Both the position numbers and the translations under genes were made by a program. Of a DNA stretch of 64,000 nucleotides, positions 45,869 to 55,893 are shown in pieces. The DNA comes from Candidatus Caldarchaeum subterraneum (GTDB lineage Archaea; Thermoproteota; Nitrososphaeria_A; Caldarchaeales; Caldarchaeaceae): assembly GCA_000270325.1 (NCBI GenBank), contig BA000048.1, positions 1,413,481 to 1,477,480 of the forward strand, written 5' to 3'. Position 1 is the first letter of the stretch, and the number at the start of each line of letters is the position of its first letter. The notes beneath the pieces were generated by a model. That model was not told the origin of the DNA. It did no database searches and saw only the letters and a program-made list of their open reading frames with translations.

Positions 45869-46498
45869 CTAGACTGTTATTGATTCTTCAGCTTCGAGAC
45901 CTTTTTGTGTATAGAGAAGAAGGTCTATGCCGTTTCCGCTACCCGCGTCTCTGGCTATCGATGCTTTGATGGCTTTGGTAGCGAGGTCTCTTATCTCAGT
46001 CGCTGACATATCTTTCCGGTATAAGTTCTCGATTACTCCGACAGCTACCTCTGCACCCGTGCCCACCACCGCATAATCATCCTCTATCATGGAGCCTAGA
46101 GGGTCGAGGACAATAACATGCGGGCCCTGAGAATCGATGCCGCCGACAATCGTTTCCATAAAGTAGGGGAAGTATCTGTTGCCGAACAGGTTCCAAGAGA
46201 GTATCTTGGCCACGGTTTTTACACTGGGTTCGACACCTTGCTCAAGCCTGTAGAGGTTGACAACCGCCGTCACCTCCTTAATCATGTTCTGCATGTCGGC
46301 GACGACCCCTGCGCATGCCGCTCCCACGCTGTTGCTTATTTTGAAGACTTTTCTCGCCTGTTTTGACATCACGAAGTAGCCGTAGGCGAACCTTTTCTCA
46401 GCAGCTATCACGACGCTGTCCTTACCCCTTATTCCGAGGGTGGTGGCGCCTGGGTAGTATAGTGGGGCAGCCATGACAGTATCCCGTGGCTTCTTCAT
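45869..46498 (-). CDS. psmB: 20S proteasome beta subunit (probably non-catalytic)
   Basis: GATTLGI, AAEKR, AGVVAD, GGID, DPLGS, GTGAEVAVG, RDAGSGNG. Confidence 0.9.
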   Translation of the reverse strand: MKKPRDTVMAAPLYYPGATTLGIRGKDSVVIAAEKRFAYGYFVMSKQARKVFKISNSVGAACAGVVADMQNMIKEVTAVVNLYRLEQGVEPSVKTVAKILSWNLFGNRYFPYFMETIVGGIDSQGPHVIVLDPLGSMIEDDYAVVGTGAEVAVGVIENLYRKDMSATEIRDLATKAIKASIARDAGSGNGIDLLLYTQKGLEAEESITV

Positions 46499-46556
46499 CT
46501 CGAGTGACTAATATAGGTTCGCGTCAACCATAAATCACGTCAACTTCACCATAGCC

Positions 46557-47642
46557 GTGATGGAGCGTTTTCTCGAACTCGATGGCTCGATAGGGGAGGG
46601 AGGTGGCCAGGTTCTTAGAGTAGCCTTAGCCATCTCCGCAATAATTGAAAGACCTCTCCATGTCTACAACATCAGGAAAAAGCGTAGCAACCCAGGGCTT
46701 CGTAACCAACATTTGACAGCCGTGAGGGCTGTTCAGCTTGCCTGCGGAGGAGAGGTGAGAAACGCCCACGTCGGCTCGACTGAGATATTTTTCAGCCCAG
46801 GAAGAATAACCGTAGATAGCTTGCTTCTTGACACCGGCACGGCGGGAAGCACTTCACTTGTTCTCCAGTCGCTCATCCCCGTCCTCTGCTTTGCGAAAGC
46901 AAGGACACAATTCCGGATACGCGGTGGAACAAACAACCCAAACGCCCCCACCTTCGAATATTTTCAGCAAATTTTCTTCCACTTTCTACAGACGATTGGA
47001 GTCGAATGTGGGCTGAGGCTTTTGAGACGAGGGTTTTACCCAAGGGGAGGCGGCGAGGTAGAGGGATACATCATCCCAGTCAAAAAAATCTCGGCTTTCA
47101 GCTTAACGGAGAGGCCTCAGCTCACAAAAGTATCCATCCATGCATACACCTCGAGACTACCGGCCCATGTTGCCAAGAGAATGGCCGAGTCATGTAAGCA
47201 ACGGCTTCAAGCCGAGGACATAACTGTGATAGAGACACGTGAAGAGGTTTTAACCGAGTCGATGCACAACTGCGCAATCGACCCGGGGGCTGGAATATTT
47301 GTCGCTGGGGAGTTTGACACTATCCGCATAGGTGTTGACAAGCTTGGAGAGAAGGGGGTTCCGGCGGAGAAGGTGGGCCAAGAAGCCGCTGAAAGCTTTC
47401 TCAAAGAATATCGAAGCGGCGCACCGGTCGACACTCATCTCGGCGACATGCTGGTAATTTATGCCGCTTTGGCCGAAGGTGTCTCAACATACCGTGTATC
47501 AACCCTCACCATGCATACGTTAACCAGCATAGAGGTCTGCAAAGCTCTTCTCGAAATCAAAGCCTCCGCGGATGGTGAACTGGGAGGCCCTGCAACAATC
47601 ACCATACACGGGGCGGGGATACTGAACAAAAATATATCATAG
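46557..47642 (+). CDS. rtcA: RNA 3'-terminal phosphate cyclase
   Basis: DGSIGEGGGQVLR, PGLRNQH, RGFYPRGGG, HVAKR, VDTHLGD. Confidence 0.93.
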   Translation: MMERFLELDGSIGEGGGQVLRVALAISAIIERPLHVYNIRKKRSNPGLRNQHLTAVRAVQLACGGEVRNAHVGSTEIFFSPGRITVDSLLLDTGTAGSTSLVLQSLIPVLCFAKARTQFRIRGGTNNPNAPTFEYFQQIFFHFLQTIGVECGLRLLRRGFYPRGGGEVEGYIIPVKKISAFSLTERPQLTKVSIHAYTSRLPAHVAKRMAESCKQRLQAEDITVIETREEVLTESMHNCAIDPGAGIFVAGEFDTIRIGVDKLGEKGVPAEKVGQEAAESFLKEYRSGAPVDTHLGDMLVIYAALAEGVSTYRVSTLTMHTLTSIEVCKALLEIKASADGELGGPATITIHGAGILNKNIS

Positions 47643-47660
47643 CTGGAGGAACGTTGCTGG

Positions 47661-48176
47661 ATGAAACGCGGACTCTTCATAGGCCGTTTCCAGCCTTTTC
47701 ACCTTGGTCATCTCCGCGCAGTTGAACACATTCTCAAAAAAGAGGATGAACTCATCATCGGCATCGGCTCAGCCCAATACAGCCACACACCAGAAAACCC
47801 CTTCACAGCAGGAGAACGCATAGAGATAATTATGAAAAGCCTCAGGCAAACAGTTGATACACGTCGTGTCTACCTGATACCTATACCGGATGTCGGCGAA
47901 CACAGGCTTTGGGTCAGCCAAGTCATCTCCTTCTGTCCGAGCTTCCAAACGGTTTACAGCAACAACGGCTTGGTCAAGGTGTTGTTTGAAGAGGTGGGAT
48001 ACAGGGTGGAACCTGTTCCCTTCTTTGACCGTGATTTGATGATGGGCCGTGAAATTAGGCGTCTCATCTCATCTGGCGGAGACTGGAGAAGCAGGCTTCA
48101 CCCTGACGCGGCAAAGTATCTCGCCGAGATAGGTGCAGAGAGGAGGCTGGCGACCATTCTCAAGCCCGACTTTTGA
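47661..48176 (+). CDS. nadM: Nicotinamide-nucleotide adenylyltransferase
   Basis: GRFQPFHLGH, GSAQYSHTPENPFTAGER. Confidence 0.92.
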   Translation: MKRGLFIGRFQPFHLGHLRAVEHILKKEDELIIGIGSAQYSHTPENPFTAGERIEIIMKSLRQTVDTRRVYLIPIPDVGEHRLWVSQVISFCPSFQTVYSNNGLVKVLFEEVGYRVEPVPFFDRDLMMGREIRRLISSGGDWRSRLHPDAAKYLAEIGAERRLATILKPDF

Positions 48177-48951
48177 CTAGAGATATTTTGTCGCCGGGTT
48201 TGATGCCAAATGTCGTTGACGCGTTTCCCCTGTTGATGGAAAGCTCCAAGTAGCCTGTTCCCCCCACCAGCAGAATAGGCTCCCCTATCTCTACCTCGGC
48301 GTAAAACCTGCCAACCGCGGCGACCGTCCGCCATTCATCGTTAACATAAACCTCTGCTTTTAACCAATCTCGCGGCAAAGCCCCCTCGATACAGGTTATC
48401 ACGTTACCGAACCTATCAACATGAAGAGCAACTGAATCCACCCTATCATCTCCCAGAACAGGCCTCGGTATCTGCAGCTGAACCATTGAAACATACGGCT
48501 CGGTCAGATGGGAGATGTCTTTATCAGCGGCGGCGAGGCCCGCGACATAGGCGAAAACATCTCTTCCATGAAAAGTGTTGGAAACGTTTGGAATAAGCTC
48601 GGTCTTTATACGGAATACTTGTCTAATTTTTTCACGTGCTGCAGCTGGGTAGAGGAGCCCGTTATCAGGGCCTATGAAGATTTTCCCTGACGTGGTTTCG
48701 ACGAATAGGGAGGCCCTTTCTCCACCGACCCCCGGGTCGACAACTGCGACGAAGATTGTGTTGCTTGGGAAGGATTTTGCGGCAAGCATCAGGAGGAAAG
48801 CTCCCTGCATTATGTTCTGGGGGTGGACTTGATGTGTAATATCGACGAGCACCACATCAGGGGTTTCCCTGAGAATTGTCGCCTTGACCTCTGCGACGTA
48901 GGTGTCCATGTCTCCGTAGTCTGTTAAAAGGGCGACGATAGGCTTATTCAT
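48160..48951 (-). CDS. SAM hydroxide adenosyltransferase (DUF62 family)
   Basis: [34 protein letters not shown] 48951. Confidence 0.9.
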   Translation of the reverse strand: MNKPIVALLTDYGDMDTYVAEVKATILRETPDVVLVDITHQVHPQNIMQGAFLLMLAAKSFPSNTIFVAVVDPGVGGERASLFVETTSGKIFIGPDNGLLYPAAAREKIRQVFRIKTELIPNVSNTFHGRDVFAYVAGLAAADKDISHLTEPYVSMVQLQIPRPVLGDDRVDSVALHVDRFGNVITCIEGALPRDWLKAEVYVNDEWRTVAAVGRFYAEVEIGEPILLVGGTGYLELSINRGNASTTFGIKPGDKISLVKSRA

Positions 48952-48984
48952 CCTTTTATCCACCGCCTGGAAACATTCAGGGTA

Positions 48985-49341
48985 ATGGGTGGATTTAAGC
49001 AGGTGATTGTTGTGCGTTCTGATTTGAGGATGAGTGTGGGTAAGACGGCTGCTCAGGCTGGGCATGCGGCTGTTCTTGCTCTGGAGAGGACGCGTAGAAT
49101 GAGGCCCGAATGGGTTAGAAACTGGTTTGAGACGGGGCAGAAGAAAGTTGTTCTCCGTGTTTCCTCCGAGGAGGAGCTTCGCCGAATAGCGGCCGAGTGT
49201 AGTCGCCGTGGTTTGCCGTGGGAAATTGTTGAAGACGCGGGGCTAACCGAGCTTCCCCCTGGAACGGCCACTGCGCTCGGCATAGGCCCAGCGCCTGACG
49301 AGGAAGTGGACAAGGTAACTGGCAGTCTCCCGCTCCTCTGA
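48985..49341 (+). CDS. pth2: Peptidyl-tRNA hydrolase Pth2
   Basis: [38 protein letters not shown]. Confidence 0.93.
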   Translation: MGGFKQVIVVRSDLRMSVGKTAAQAGHAAVLALERTRRMRPEWVRNWFETGQKKVVLRVSSEEELRRIAAECSRRGLPWEIVEDAGLTELPPGTATALGIGPAPDEEVDKVTGSLPLL

Positions 49342-49352
49342 GGCGAAGCAAA

Positions 49353-50036
49353 ATGTATGAAGAATATTCACCCCACAGGCCACGATTAGTCTTCGTTATA
49401 ATAGTCGCCAACATAGTGGTCTGGCTTTTCATCAATATCGTCTTCACCAACCAAGTGGCTCTTAACAGGTTTCTTCTCAGCTTCGGGGCTGTACCGTTTT
49501 TCATTCTGAATGGGCAGAACCTCCTCAGCCTAATCAGTTACATGTTTATCCACGTTGATTTCTTACATATTTTCCTTAACATGTATGCTCTCTTTCTTTT
49601 CGGTAGAGATGTCGAGGAGCGGCTGGGGTCAGCCTTGTTTCTCGTTGTATATTTTTTGAGCGGGGTTGTGGCCGCGGTTTTTCACATGATTTATTACGCT
49701 GTTTTCATGTCACTGGAATGTAGTCCATTTGTTCGCCCTCTTCCGGCTGTTTGCGTGGTTCCGGCCATAGGTGCGTCGGGCGCCATCTTCGGCATCATGG
49801 GAAGCTATCTCGTCTTCTTTCCAAGGAGGCCTCTCGCAGCCTTTCTCTACCTCATACCAATCATCGCACCAGCATACATCGTCATCGCCTTCATCATCCT
49901 CATCCAGACCTTCTTCATGCTAACCATGCCATTCAGCACCATCGCCTACACAGCACATGTCGGAGGATTCATCGCAGGGCTTCTCACATCACTACCGTTC
50001 AGAAACCGTGGCCCCCGCTGGACCATTTATGGTTAG
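49353..50036 (+). CDS. Rhomboid intramembrane serine protease
   Basis: MFIH...HIFLNM, GASGAIFG, AHVGGF. Confidence 0.92.
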   Translation: MYEEYSPHRPRLVFVIIVANIVVWLFINIVFTNQVALNRFLLSFGAVPFFILNGQNLLSLISYMFIHVDFLHIFLNMYALFLFGRDVEERLGSALFLVVYFLSGVVAAVFHMIYYAVFMSLECSPFVRPLPAVCVVPAIGASGAIFGIMGSYLVFFPRRPLAAFLYLIPIIAPAYIVIAFIILIQTFFMLTMPFSTIAYTAHVGGFIAGLLTSLPFRNRGPRWTIYG

Positions 50037-50076
50037 CAACCTATAATAATAAGCCGCCACATTTCTGCTCAAAGAC

Positions 50077-50733
50077 ATGTACCCGCAGACAAGAACCTTC
50101 TTCCCCGGATACATAAAAACAGGAATTTTCGGCTACAGGTTCGCGGACTCTAAAAACATAGTGTCGATGGTTGAGGAGAATGAGGTCCCGCCGCGTAAGG
50201 TCGACGAGACAATAGCTCGTTATGGTGTGGAGAAGGTTCACAGGGTTGAGACACCACGGGGGGTTGAATATTTTCTATTCAGGTTTCGCAACTTTAGGCT
50301 GATAAGGTATCTGCTTAACTGGGGTAGGATGGCTTCTCTCTTCCCCGCTCACATAACAACTGCATGCTGTTCGGTCGAGTTTGCTGCGACACATTCGCCG
50401 AGATACGACCCTGAGCGTTTTGGCTGGCTACCTGCTACGGGAAGCCTTCGCCAGAGCGATGTGCTTGTTGTGGAGGGAACGGTTACCTCCAAGATGGCTC
50501 AGAGACTTAGACTAGTCTATGACCAGATGCCTGAGCCGAAGTGGGTGATCGCTATGGGCGCATGCGCCATAAGCGGCGGATTATACGCTAAAGACAGCTA
50601 CAACGTCATACAGGGGATAGACGATATTCTCCCAGTTGATGTCTATGTTCCTGGATGTCCTCCAAACCCCTCGACGTTTTTCCAGGCCATTTTGTTGCTG
50701 AGGGAGAAAATCCTGTATGGGAGGGTTGCCTGA
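50077..50733 (+). CDS. nuoB: Complex I subunit NuoB
   Basis: TACCSVE, QMPEPKWVIAMGACAISGG, VDVYVPGCPP. Confidence 0.94.
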   Translation: MYPQTRTFFPGYIKTGIFGYRFADSKNIVSMVEENEVPPRKVDETIARYGVEKVHRVETPRGVEYFLFRFRNFRLIRYLLNWGRMASLFPAHITTACCSVEFAATHSPRYDPERFGWLPATGSLRQSDVLVVEGTVTSKMAQRLRLVYDQMPEPKWVIAMGACAISGGLYAKDSYNVIQGIDDILPVDVYVPGCPPNPSTFFQAILLLREKILYGRVA

Positions 50734-51218
50734 TGTCTGAAACCGTGCTTACCGTTGTCCAGGAGCTTGAGAACAAGTTTGGGAAGGCTTTGCTCGAGAA
50801 GGCTGTGGACACTCGTAAGCTTGTGAAAATCGTTGTTGATGCAGCGTCGTTGGTTGCTGTCGCCCGTTTTCTAAGGGACAATTATGGGCTCGACCATGTT
50901 AAGGCGGTCACAGGCGTGGATTTGAGCAGGCTTTTGAAGAAAGAGGACAAGATAGAGATCATTTATCATCTCGGCTCATACACGAGGCCCGAGCTGGCGA
51001 CGGCGGATATTGCGCTGTCGACCAAGCTGGATAAAAAGTCGCCGCGGATGCCTAGCCTCATCGATGTATGGCCTAGTGTAGAGTTTCATGAACGAGAGGT
51101 TTATGAAATGTTTGGAGTAGTTTTCGAGGGACATCCAGACTTGAGGAGGCTACTGTTGCCGGAGTACTGGAGCGATATACCGCCGATGCTGAAGGAGTAT
51201 GAGCCGCCTGGGAGGTGA
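50733..51218 (+). CDS. nuoC: Complex I subunit NuoC
   Basis: VTGVD, HEREVYEMFGVVFEGHPDLRRLLL; ATG overlaps the nuoB stop. Confidence 0.92.
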   Translation: MSETVLTVVQELENKFGKALLEKAVDTRKLVKIVVDAASLVAVARFLRDNYGLDHVKAVTGVDLSRLLKKEDKIEIIYHLGSYTRPELATADIALSTKLDKKSPRMPSLIDVWPSVEFHEREVYEMFGVVFEGHPDLRRLLLPEYWSDIPPMLKEYEPPGR

Positions 51219-51224
51219 AACAGG

Positions 51225-52448
51225 TTGACCGTGACGGAGCATAAGGAGATTAGAAAAATCGAGGTGTATGATGCCGGCGAAGGCGCTCTCAAGATGAGCT
51301 ACGGCCCCCAGCACCCCGGCACAGGACACTTCAGGCTAATCATCACCGTACTCGGCGACACAGTTCTCGAGGCTGAACCGGACCCGGGGTTCGTCCACAG
51401 AGGAGAGGAGAAGCTGGCGGAGTACAAGACATGGATTACAAACATACCTCATCTTGAGAGGCCCGTTATCCTCGACTCCGCGGGCATTCAGTATCCATAT
51501 GTCTTGGCTGTGGAGAAGCTGATGGGTATAGAAGCTCCCGAGAGGGCTAAATATCTACGCGTCATCATGGCGGAGCTGCAGCGTATCGCCAGCCACCTCT
51601 ACTGGTTCGCCCTCTACGGTGTCTTCTTAGGCAACTCAACCATGTTTCTATGGTGTTTCGGCGACCGAGAATATCTTGTTGACCTCACCTCGCTGATAGG
51701 CGGCCAACGCATAACCCACAGCTACTTTGAGCCCGGCGGCGTGCGCAACGACATGCCGTCAAGGGTTCCGCAAGACCTGTTGAAAGAGTTCAATCGTTAC
51801 TACCGGATGGTGATGGGGAGGGATTTGCCCGGCGACGCTGACCAGCTCCGCAAATACATCACATACGTCTGTGAATGTTTCGACAAGCGGCTTGACGACT
51901 ACTGGGACCTCTTCTTCAACAACGAGCTCTTCATATCAAGGACAAGGAACGTGGGCATTCTCAAGCCAGAGGATGCCATTAAGCTGGGAGTTGTTGGAAC
52001 AACTCTCAGAGCATCTGGAATAAAGTTTGACAATAGGGTAAACAACCCATACGACGCCTACAGCCAGCTCAAGTTCGAGATACCGATAGGGGAGCGAGGC
52101 GACTGCTATGACCGAGCCATCGTGGGCTTCAAGGAGATGAGAGAGAGCTGCAGAATCATCTCGCAAGCGGCCGAGATGATGCCCGACGGCCCCGTGAAGG
52201 TTAAGCAGCATCCGATTAACATCAGGGTGCCCGCGGGGGAGGCTGTGGCGAGGACAGAGGCTGCGCGCGGCGAGATGATGTACTATATTAGGAGCGAGGG
52301 AGGGGATAAGCCCTACCGCGTGAAAATAAGCACACCATCATTCCGACTAATACCTGCCATAAAGTATCTGCTCAGGGGGGAGGAGATAGCCAACATCCCG
52401 CCGATATACTGGTCTCTCAACTACTGGCCAGTTGAGGCTGACCGCTGA
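51225..52448 (+). CDS. nuoD: Complex I subunit NuoD
   Basis: GPQHP, GFVHRGEEK, ELQRIASH, GDCYDR, PYRVK; no CxxC Ni ligands. Confidence 0.93.
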   Translation: MTVTEHKEIRKIEVYDAGEGALKMSYGPQHPGTGHFRLIITVLGDTVLEAEPDPGFVHRGEEKLAEYKTWITNIPHLERPVILDSAGIQYPYVLAVEKLMGIEAPERAKYLRVIMAELQRIASHLYWFALYGVFLGNSTMFLWCFGDREYLVDLTSLIGGQRITHSYFEPGGVRNDMPSRVPQDLLKEFNRYYRMVMGRDLPGDADQLRKYITYVCECFDKRLDDYWDLFFNNELFISRTRNVGILKPEDAIKLGVVGTTLRASGIKFDNRVNNPYDAYSQLKFEIPIGERGDCYDRAIVGFKEMRESCRIISQAAEMMPDGPVKVKQHPINIRVPAGEAVARTEAARGEMMYYIRSEGGDKPYRVKISTPSFRLIPAIKYLLRGEEIANIPPIYWSLNYWPVEADR

Positions 52449-52450
52449 AT

Positions 52451-54925
52451 CTACATAAAGCTCTCTAGGCTTGTCAAACCGATGATGCTGTCGAAATCAA
52501 TCTCCAGCGGGTCGAGAACCTGCTCAAAAGTTGACCTCATGTACTCGATGTATTTGTCGACATCTATGTTCTCTCTTTTGGCCAGCTGGAGCGGCGTGAC
52601 ACCGTCTTTGTCCTTTGTCTTGACGTAGCTGATGATGTCGCCGGGCCCAACCTTAACACCGAGGCTCTGAAGCTTCTTCGCAGCCTTTACGTGCTGAGGC
52701 GTGGTCTTCTCATATCGCTCGATGGTCTTGGACATCATCACACGGAAAGCGAGCTGGTCAATTTCAAAGGTCCTGTTCTTTAGCCTCGAGTACCATGTCG
52801 CGATAACCTGTCGAATGTTCTTCTTCACCGTCTCCAGCTCCTCAGCAGACTTGACCTCGGCAAGTTGCTTCAACATGTCGTCGAAAGCCTCCTTGATGAA
52901 TACAGGGATGTTTCTCTTCTTCCCCGTGAGACCCTTTACGTCAACAACCCCCCTATCCGTGACACCTAGATAGTTTTTCTTCCTTTTGCTGAAGACGACG
53001 TAGCGGTAGACTTTGTCGAACTCGAGGTCGAGCCTGAATTTTTCACGGGCCCATCTAATCAGTTCATGGACAAGCTCCTGTTTCTCAGCCTTGAGGAATA
53101 TCGAGTCAGTGTCGCCGTACACCACGGTGACGCCGAGGGATTTCGCCTTCTCGACCGCTGAGGAGAAGACGTATCGTCCGATAGCTGTGGTGCTCTCGGC
53201 CAGCGGAGGGCAGTAGAGTGGAAATTCTTCAAACCCTAGCACTCCGTAGCTCGCATTTAGGAAAACCTTCAAAGCCCTCTGAACAACCTCATACCAGCTT
53301 CTAGTCACGGGGTCGAGGGACTTGTTTGAGGCCATCGGCTTATACCATCTGACGCGGATGTCTCTTATCACTCCGATGATGCTGCTCTGAACTCCTCTCT
53401 TCTCTCTGCACACCCAGTGTGTTGTCTCTGGGATGTTGTTTGTTCGGCATTTCTCGTGACTACAGTTTATCGTTTCGAAGCTTAGGTTGTATTCCTTCAG
53501 TATGCTTGGGTATAGGGAGGCGAAGTCGAGGACTGTGACGTTGAAGTGGATGCCGGGTACGGGTTCGACGACAAGGGCTCCGCGGTATTTCTTGCCCTCG
53601 ATGATTGCTTTAGTTGTTGTGCCTCCCTTCGCGGTTATCAACTCATCTTTCCGCGGAATAAGCCAATTGCGGCCTCGAAGCTCCCAGTAGAGAAGGTTCT
53701 TGATCCAGCCGCTTACCCCATGTCTGCACACATCCTCGATAGGCATTTTGCTTATCCGAGAAATTACAGCCATCAGCCGTAGGATGAGCCGGTCACCGGC
53801 CTCAACCATGTCGCGTAATAGACGCGAGTCTCGGTAGCTGTAGTCCGCAAGCTCCTGCAAAGACAGCTCGTTAAGTGTTTTTGTGAGCTCAACTTTTCCG
53901 ACTCCTATCAACGCCTTGGCTACGCCGTCAAGTGTGTGTTCGCGATATCTGTTGTCGAAGGCGTATACTTGTACTGATTTGTTGTTGAAGAATCTGTAGA
54001 GGTCTAGGTGTATCCCCCGTCGTAGAGAGGCTCCTTCTCTGCCGAGGGTGATGGGTATCCTGTTCTTCGGTATGCCGAGTTTTTCAGCCCTGTTGCGGAG
54101 ATATGGGAGGTCGAAGTCGTCGCCGTTGAAGGTCACCACTATGGGGTAAGAGTCCATTATCTCGAAGCATCTGCTTAACAGTGTTGTTTCGTCGTCAAAC
54201 ACCTCGACGCTGTATTCGCCGCCGTTGAAAGTCATGTCGACACCGTCCCGTCTCAGGACAAGGACTTTACCCATCCCCCTAGTGCCTGAGAAAGAGATTG
54301 CCACAACCCTGTCAACGGGGTTGCTTGGGCTGGGAACCTTGGTGGGCGAGTCGCTCAAAATCTCTATGTCAAGTCCGGTGAAATCGACCGCTGGGTGCTC
54401 AGACTCCAGCATCCGCAGCCATTTCTCCATCTCCTCCCTCTCCTCAGCCGGGAGGTCTGGGAAAAACTGTTGAAGAATGTTCTCCACTTTGGATTTCTCT
54501 CCAAACACCGGGGTGAGCATCCCATTCTTTTTCTCGTAAATCATGCTGGGGGTGAGACGCATGTCATAAACATAGTTCAGGTGATAGGGTATGTCTGCCT
54601 CCCACGCTGTGACAAGTTCGCGGATAGATTTTTTGCTTCCCCCAACAGCCAGAGGGTCAGTTGCCTGAATGAGTGTCATCTCCCGCATCCTATCAGCTAT
54701 GCTGTCATACTTTGTGACCTTGATGAAGGCCGTGGCACCTGCTTCACGCAGAGCCTGATTCTTCTCAAGCTCGTCAATCGGCCGGTCGGTTAAACAATAT
54801 GGCTTGTGACCTGTTGAGTCCATATGTATCTCCACGGTGTTTGTGGAGAGGTTGAGGAGCTTGAGAAATGCTTTCTTCTCCTGACCATCGTATCCTACCC
54901 CTAGTAGAAAATATCGCTCCGCCAT
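52451..54925 (-). CDS. polB: Family B DNA polymerase (B1-type)
   Basis: Exo DIE, FNGDDFD; Pol DFASLYPS, KVFLNASYG, YGDTDS, KKNY; no intein. Confidence 0.95.
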   Translation of the reverse strand: MAERYFLLGVGYDGQEKKAFLKLLNLSTNTVEIHMDSTGHKPYCLTDRPIDELEKNQALREAGATAFIKVTKYDSIADRMREMTLIQATDPLAVGGSKKSIRELVTAWEADIPYHLNYVYDMRLTPSMIYEKKNGMLTPVFGEKSKVENILQQFFPDLPAEEREEMEKWLRMLESEHPAVDFTGLDIEILSDSPTKVPSPSNPVDRVVAISFSGTRGMGKVLVLRRDGVDMTFNGGEYSVEVFDDETTLLSRCFEIMDSYPIVVTFNGDDFDLPYLRNRAEKLGIPKNRIPITLGREGASLRRGIHLDLYRFFNNKSVQVYAFDNRYREHTLDGVAKALIGVGKVELTKTLNELSLQELADYSYRDSRLLRDMVEAGDRLILRLMAVISRISKMPIEDVCRHGVSGWIKNLLYWELRGRNWLIPRKDELITAKGGTTTKAIIEGKKYRGALVVEPVPGIHFNVTVLDFASLYPSILKEYNLSFETINCSHEKCRTNNIPETTHWVCREKRGVQSSIIGVIRDIRVRWYKPMASNKSLDPVTRSWYEVVQRALKVFLNASYGVLGFEEFPLYCPPLAESTTAIGRYVFSSAVEKAKSLGVTVVYGDTDSIFLKAEKQELVHELIRWAREKFRLDLEFDKVYRYVVFSKRKKNYLGVTDRGVVDVKGLTGKKRNIPVFIKEAFDDMLKQLAEVKSAEELETVKKNIRQVIATWYSRLKNRTFEIDQLAFRVMMSKTIERYEKTTPQHVKAAKKLQSLGVKVGPGDIISYVKTKDKDGVTPLQLAKRENIDVDKYIEYMRSTFEQVLDPLEIDFDSIIGLTSLESFM

Positions 54926-54958
54926 GAAAGCCAAGACTACATCGGTTTCGATGGATAT

Positions 54959-55846
54959 TTAGGTTTCCTCCGCAGAGGCCACTGTTTCAAAAATTATACG
55001 GGCGGCGAGCGCAGCGGTTGCGCCGTTGTCGAATAACGGGTTGACCTCGACCACATCCAAACCAGCTGGTCTAAAAGCTCCAAGGATTGAGACAAGGTCG
55101 ATAACCTGTGTCGGATTGAGGCCTTCTGGTTCGGGGTTCCCTACGCCGGGGCAAAATCCCGGGTCCACCACGTCGATGTCAACCGATATGTATGGACGAC
55201 CGTGTCCCACGGCCTCCTCAAGTATCTTCACCACTCTCCGCCTATCATCCATCTCACTCGCCTTGATGTACATGATTCCATGGTCTTTCGCAAACTTTTC
55301 TTCCGCGGGGTCGAAGCCCCTAACACCTAGGACGGCCACTGGTTTGTTGGGAAATTTTTCCACGAGGCGGCGTAAATACGATGCGTGATTGAACCGGAGA
55401 CCAAGATACTCGTCGCGAAGATCAAAATGTGCGTCGAGAACTATGATGCATGATGATTTCTCGGCGAGAGATTTGAAGCAAGAATATGTGAAGCTGTGTT
55501 CGCCGCCAATCATGATGGGGCTTTTTCCTGATGCGGATATGATCTCAACGACTTTTTCGACTTTTCTGAGCATTTTTGGCAGTTTGTATTCGAAGATGAT
55601 GTCGCCGAGGTCGGCTATTTTTGCTGTGGATATGTCGAAGCCTTTCCGATAGCTGTTGGCCTCGATGTTTGCGCTGAACCTGCGGACGGCCTCGGGGCCA
55701 TACCTACAACCGGGCCGAAAGCTGCTGGTCAAGTCATATGGGACGCCGAAAACACAGTATCGTGCTTTCTCATACCCAACTTCCACGCCGGAGAAAACCA
55801 TCCCCTTCTGCAGATAGAATGGTAGCTCGCTCGCCATCATGCCCAA
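54959..55846 (-). CDS. speB: Agmatinase (ureohydrolase family)
   Basis: GGEHS, DAHFD, SVDIDVVDP, GVGNPEP, VEVNP. Confidence 0.9.
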   Translation of the reverse strand: MGMMASELPFYLQKGMVFSGVEVGYEKARYCVFGVPYDLTSSFRPGCRYGPEAVRRFSANIEANSYRKGFDISTAKIADLGDIIFEYKLPKMLRKVEKVVEIISASGKSPIMIGGEHSFTYSCFKSLAEKSSCIIVLDAHFDLRDEYLGLRFNHASYLRRLVEKFPNKPVAVLGVRGFDPAEEKFAKDHGIMYIKASEMDDRRRVVKILEEAVGHGRPYISVDIDVVDPGFCPGVGNPEPEGLNPTQVIDLVSILGAFRPAGLDVVEVNPLFDNGATAALAARIIFETVASAEET

Positions 55847-55893
55847 ACTTTGTTGAAATCGTTTAAATAGAGTTTTGCCCGTCCAGTGGATGG

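Noticed and set aside
48951..49065. Overlap of the DUF62 and pth2 ORFs
   Set aside because: DUF62 homology starts at ATG 48951; the extension is spurious
45869..50036. Proteasome beta, pth2 and rhomboid as part of the ubiquitin system
   Set aside because: About 20 kb away and interleaved with unrelated housekeeping genes; no sequence evidence of linkage
51225..52448. Group 4 [NiFe]-hydrogenase large subunit
   Set aside because: Lacks both CxxC nickel-binding motifs, so it is NuoD
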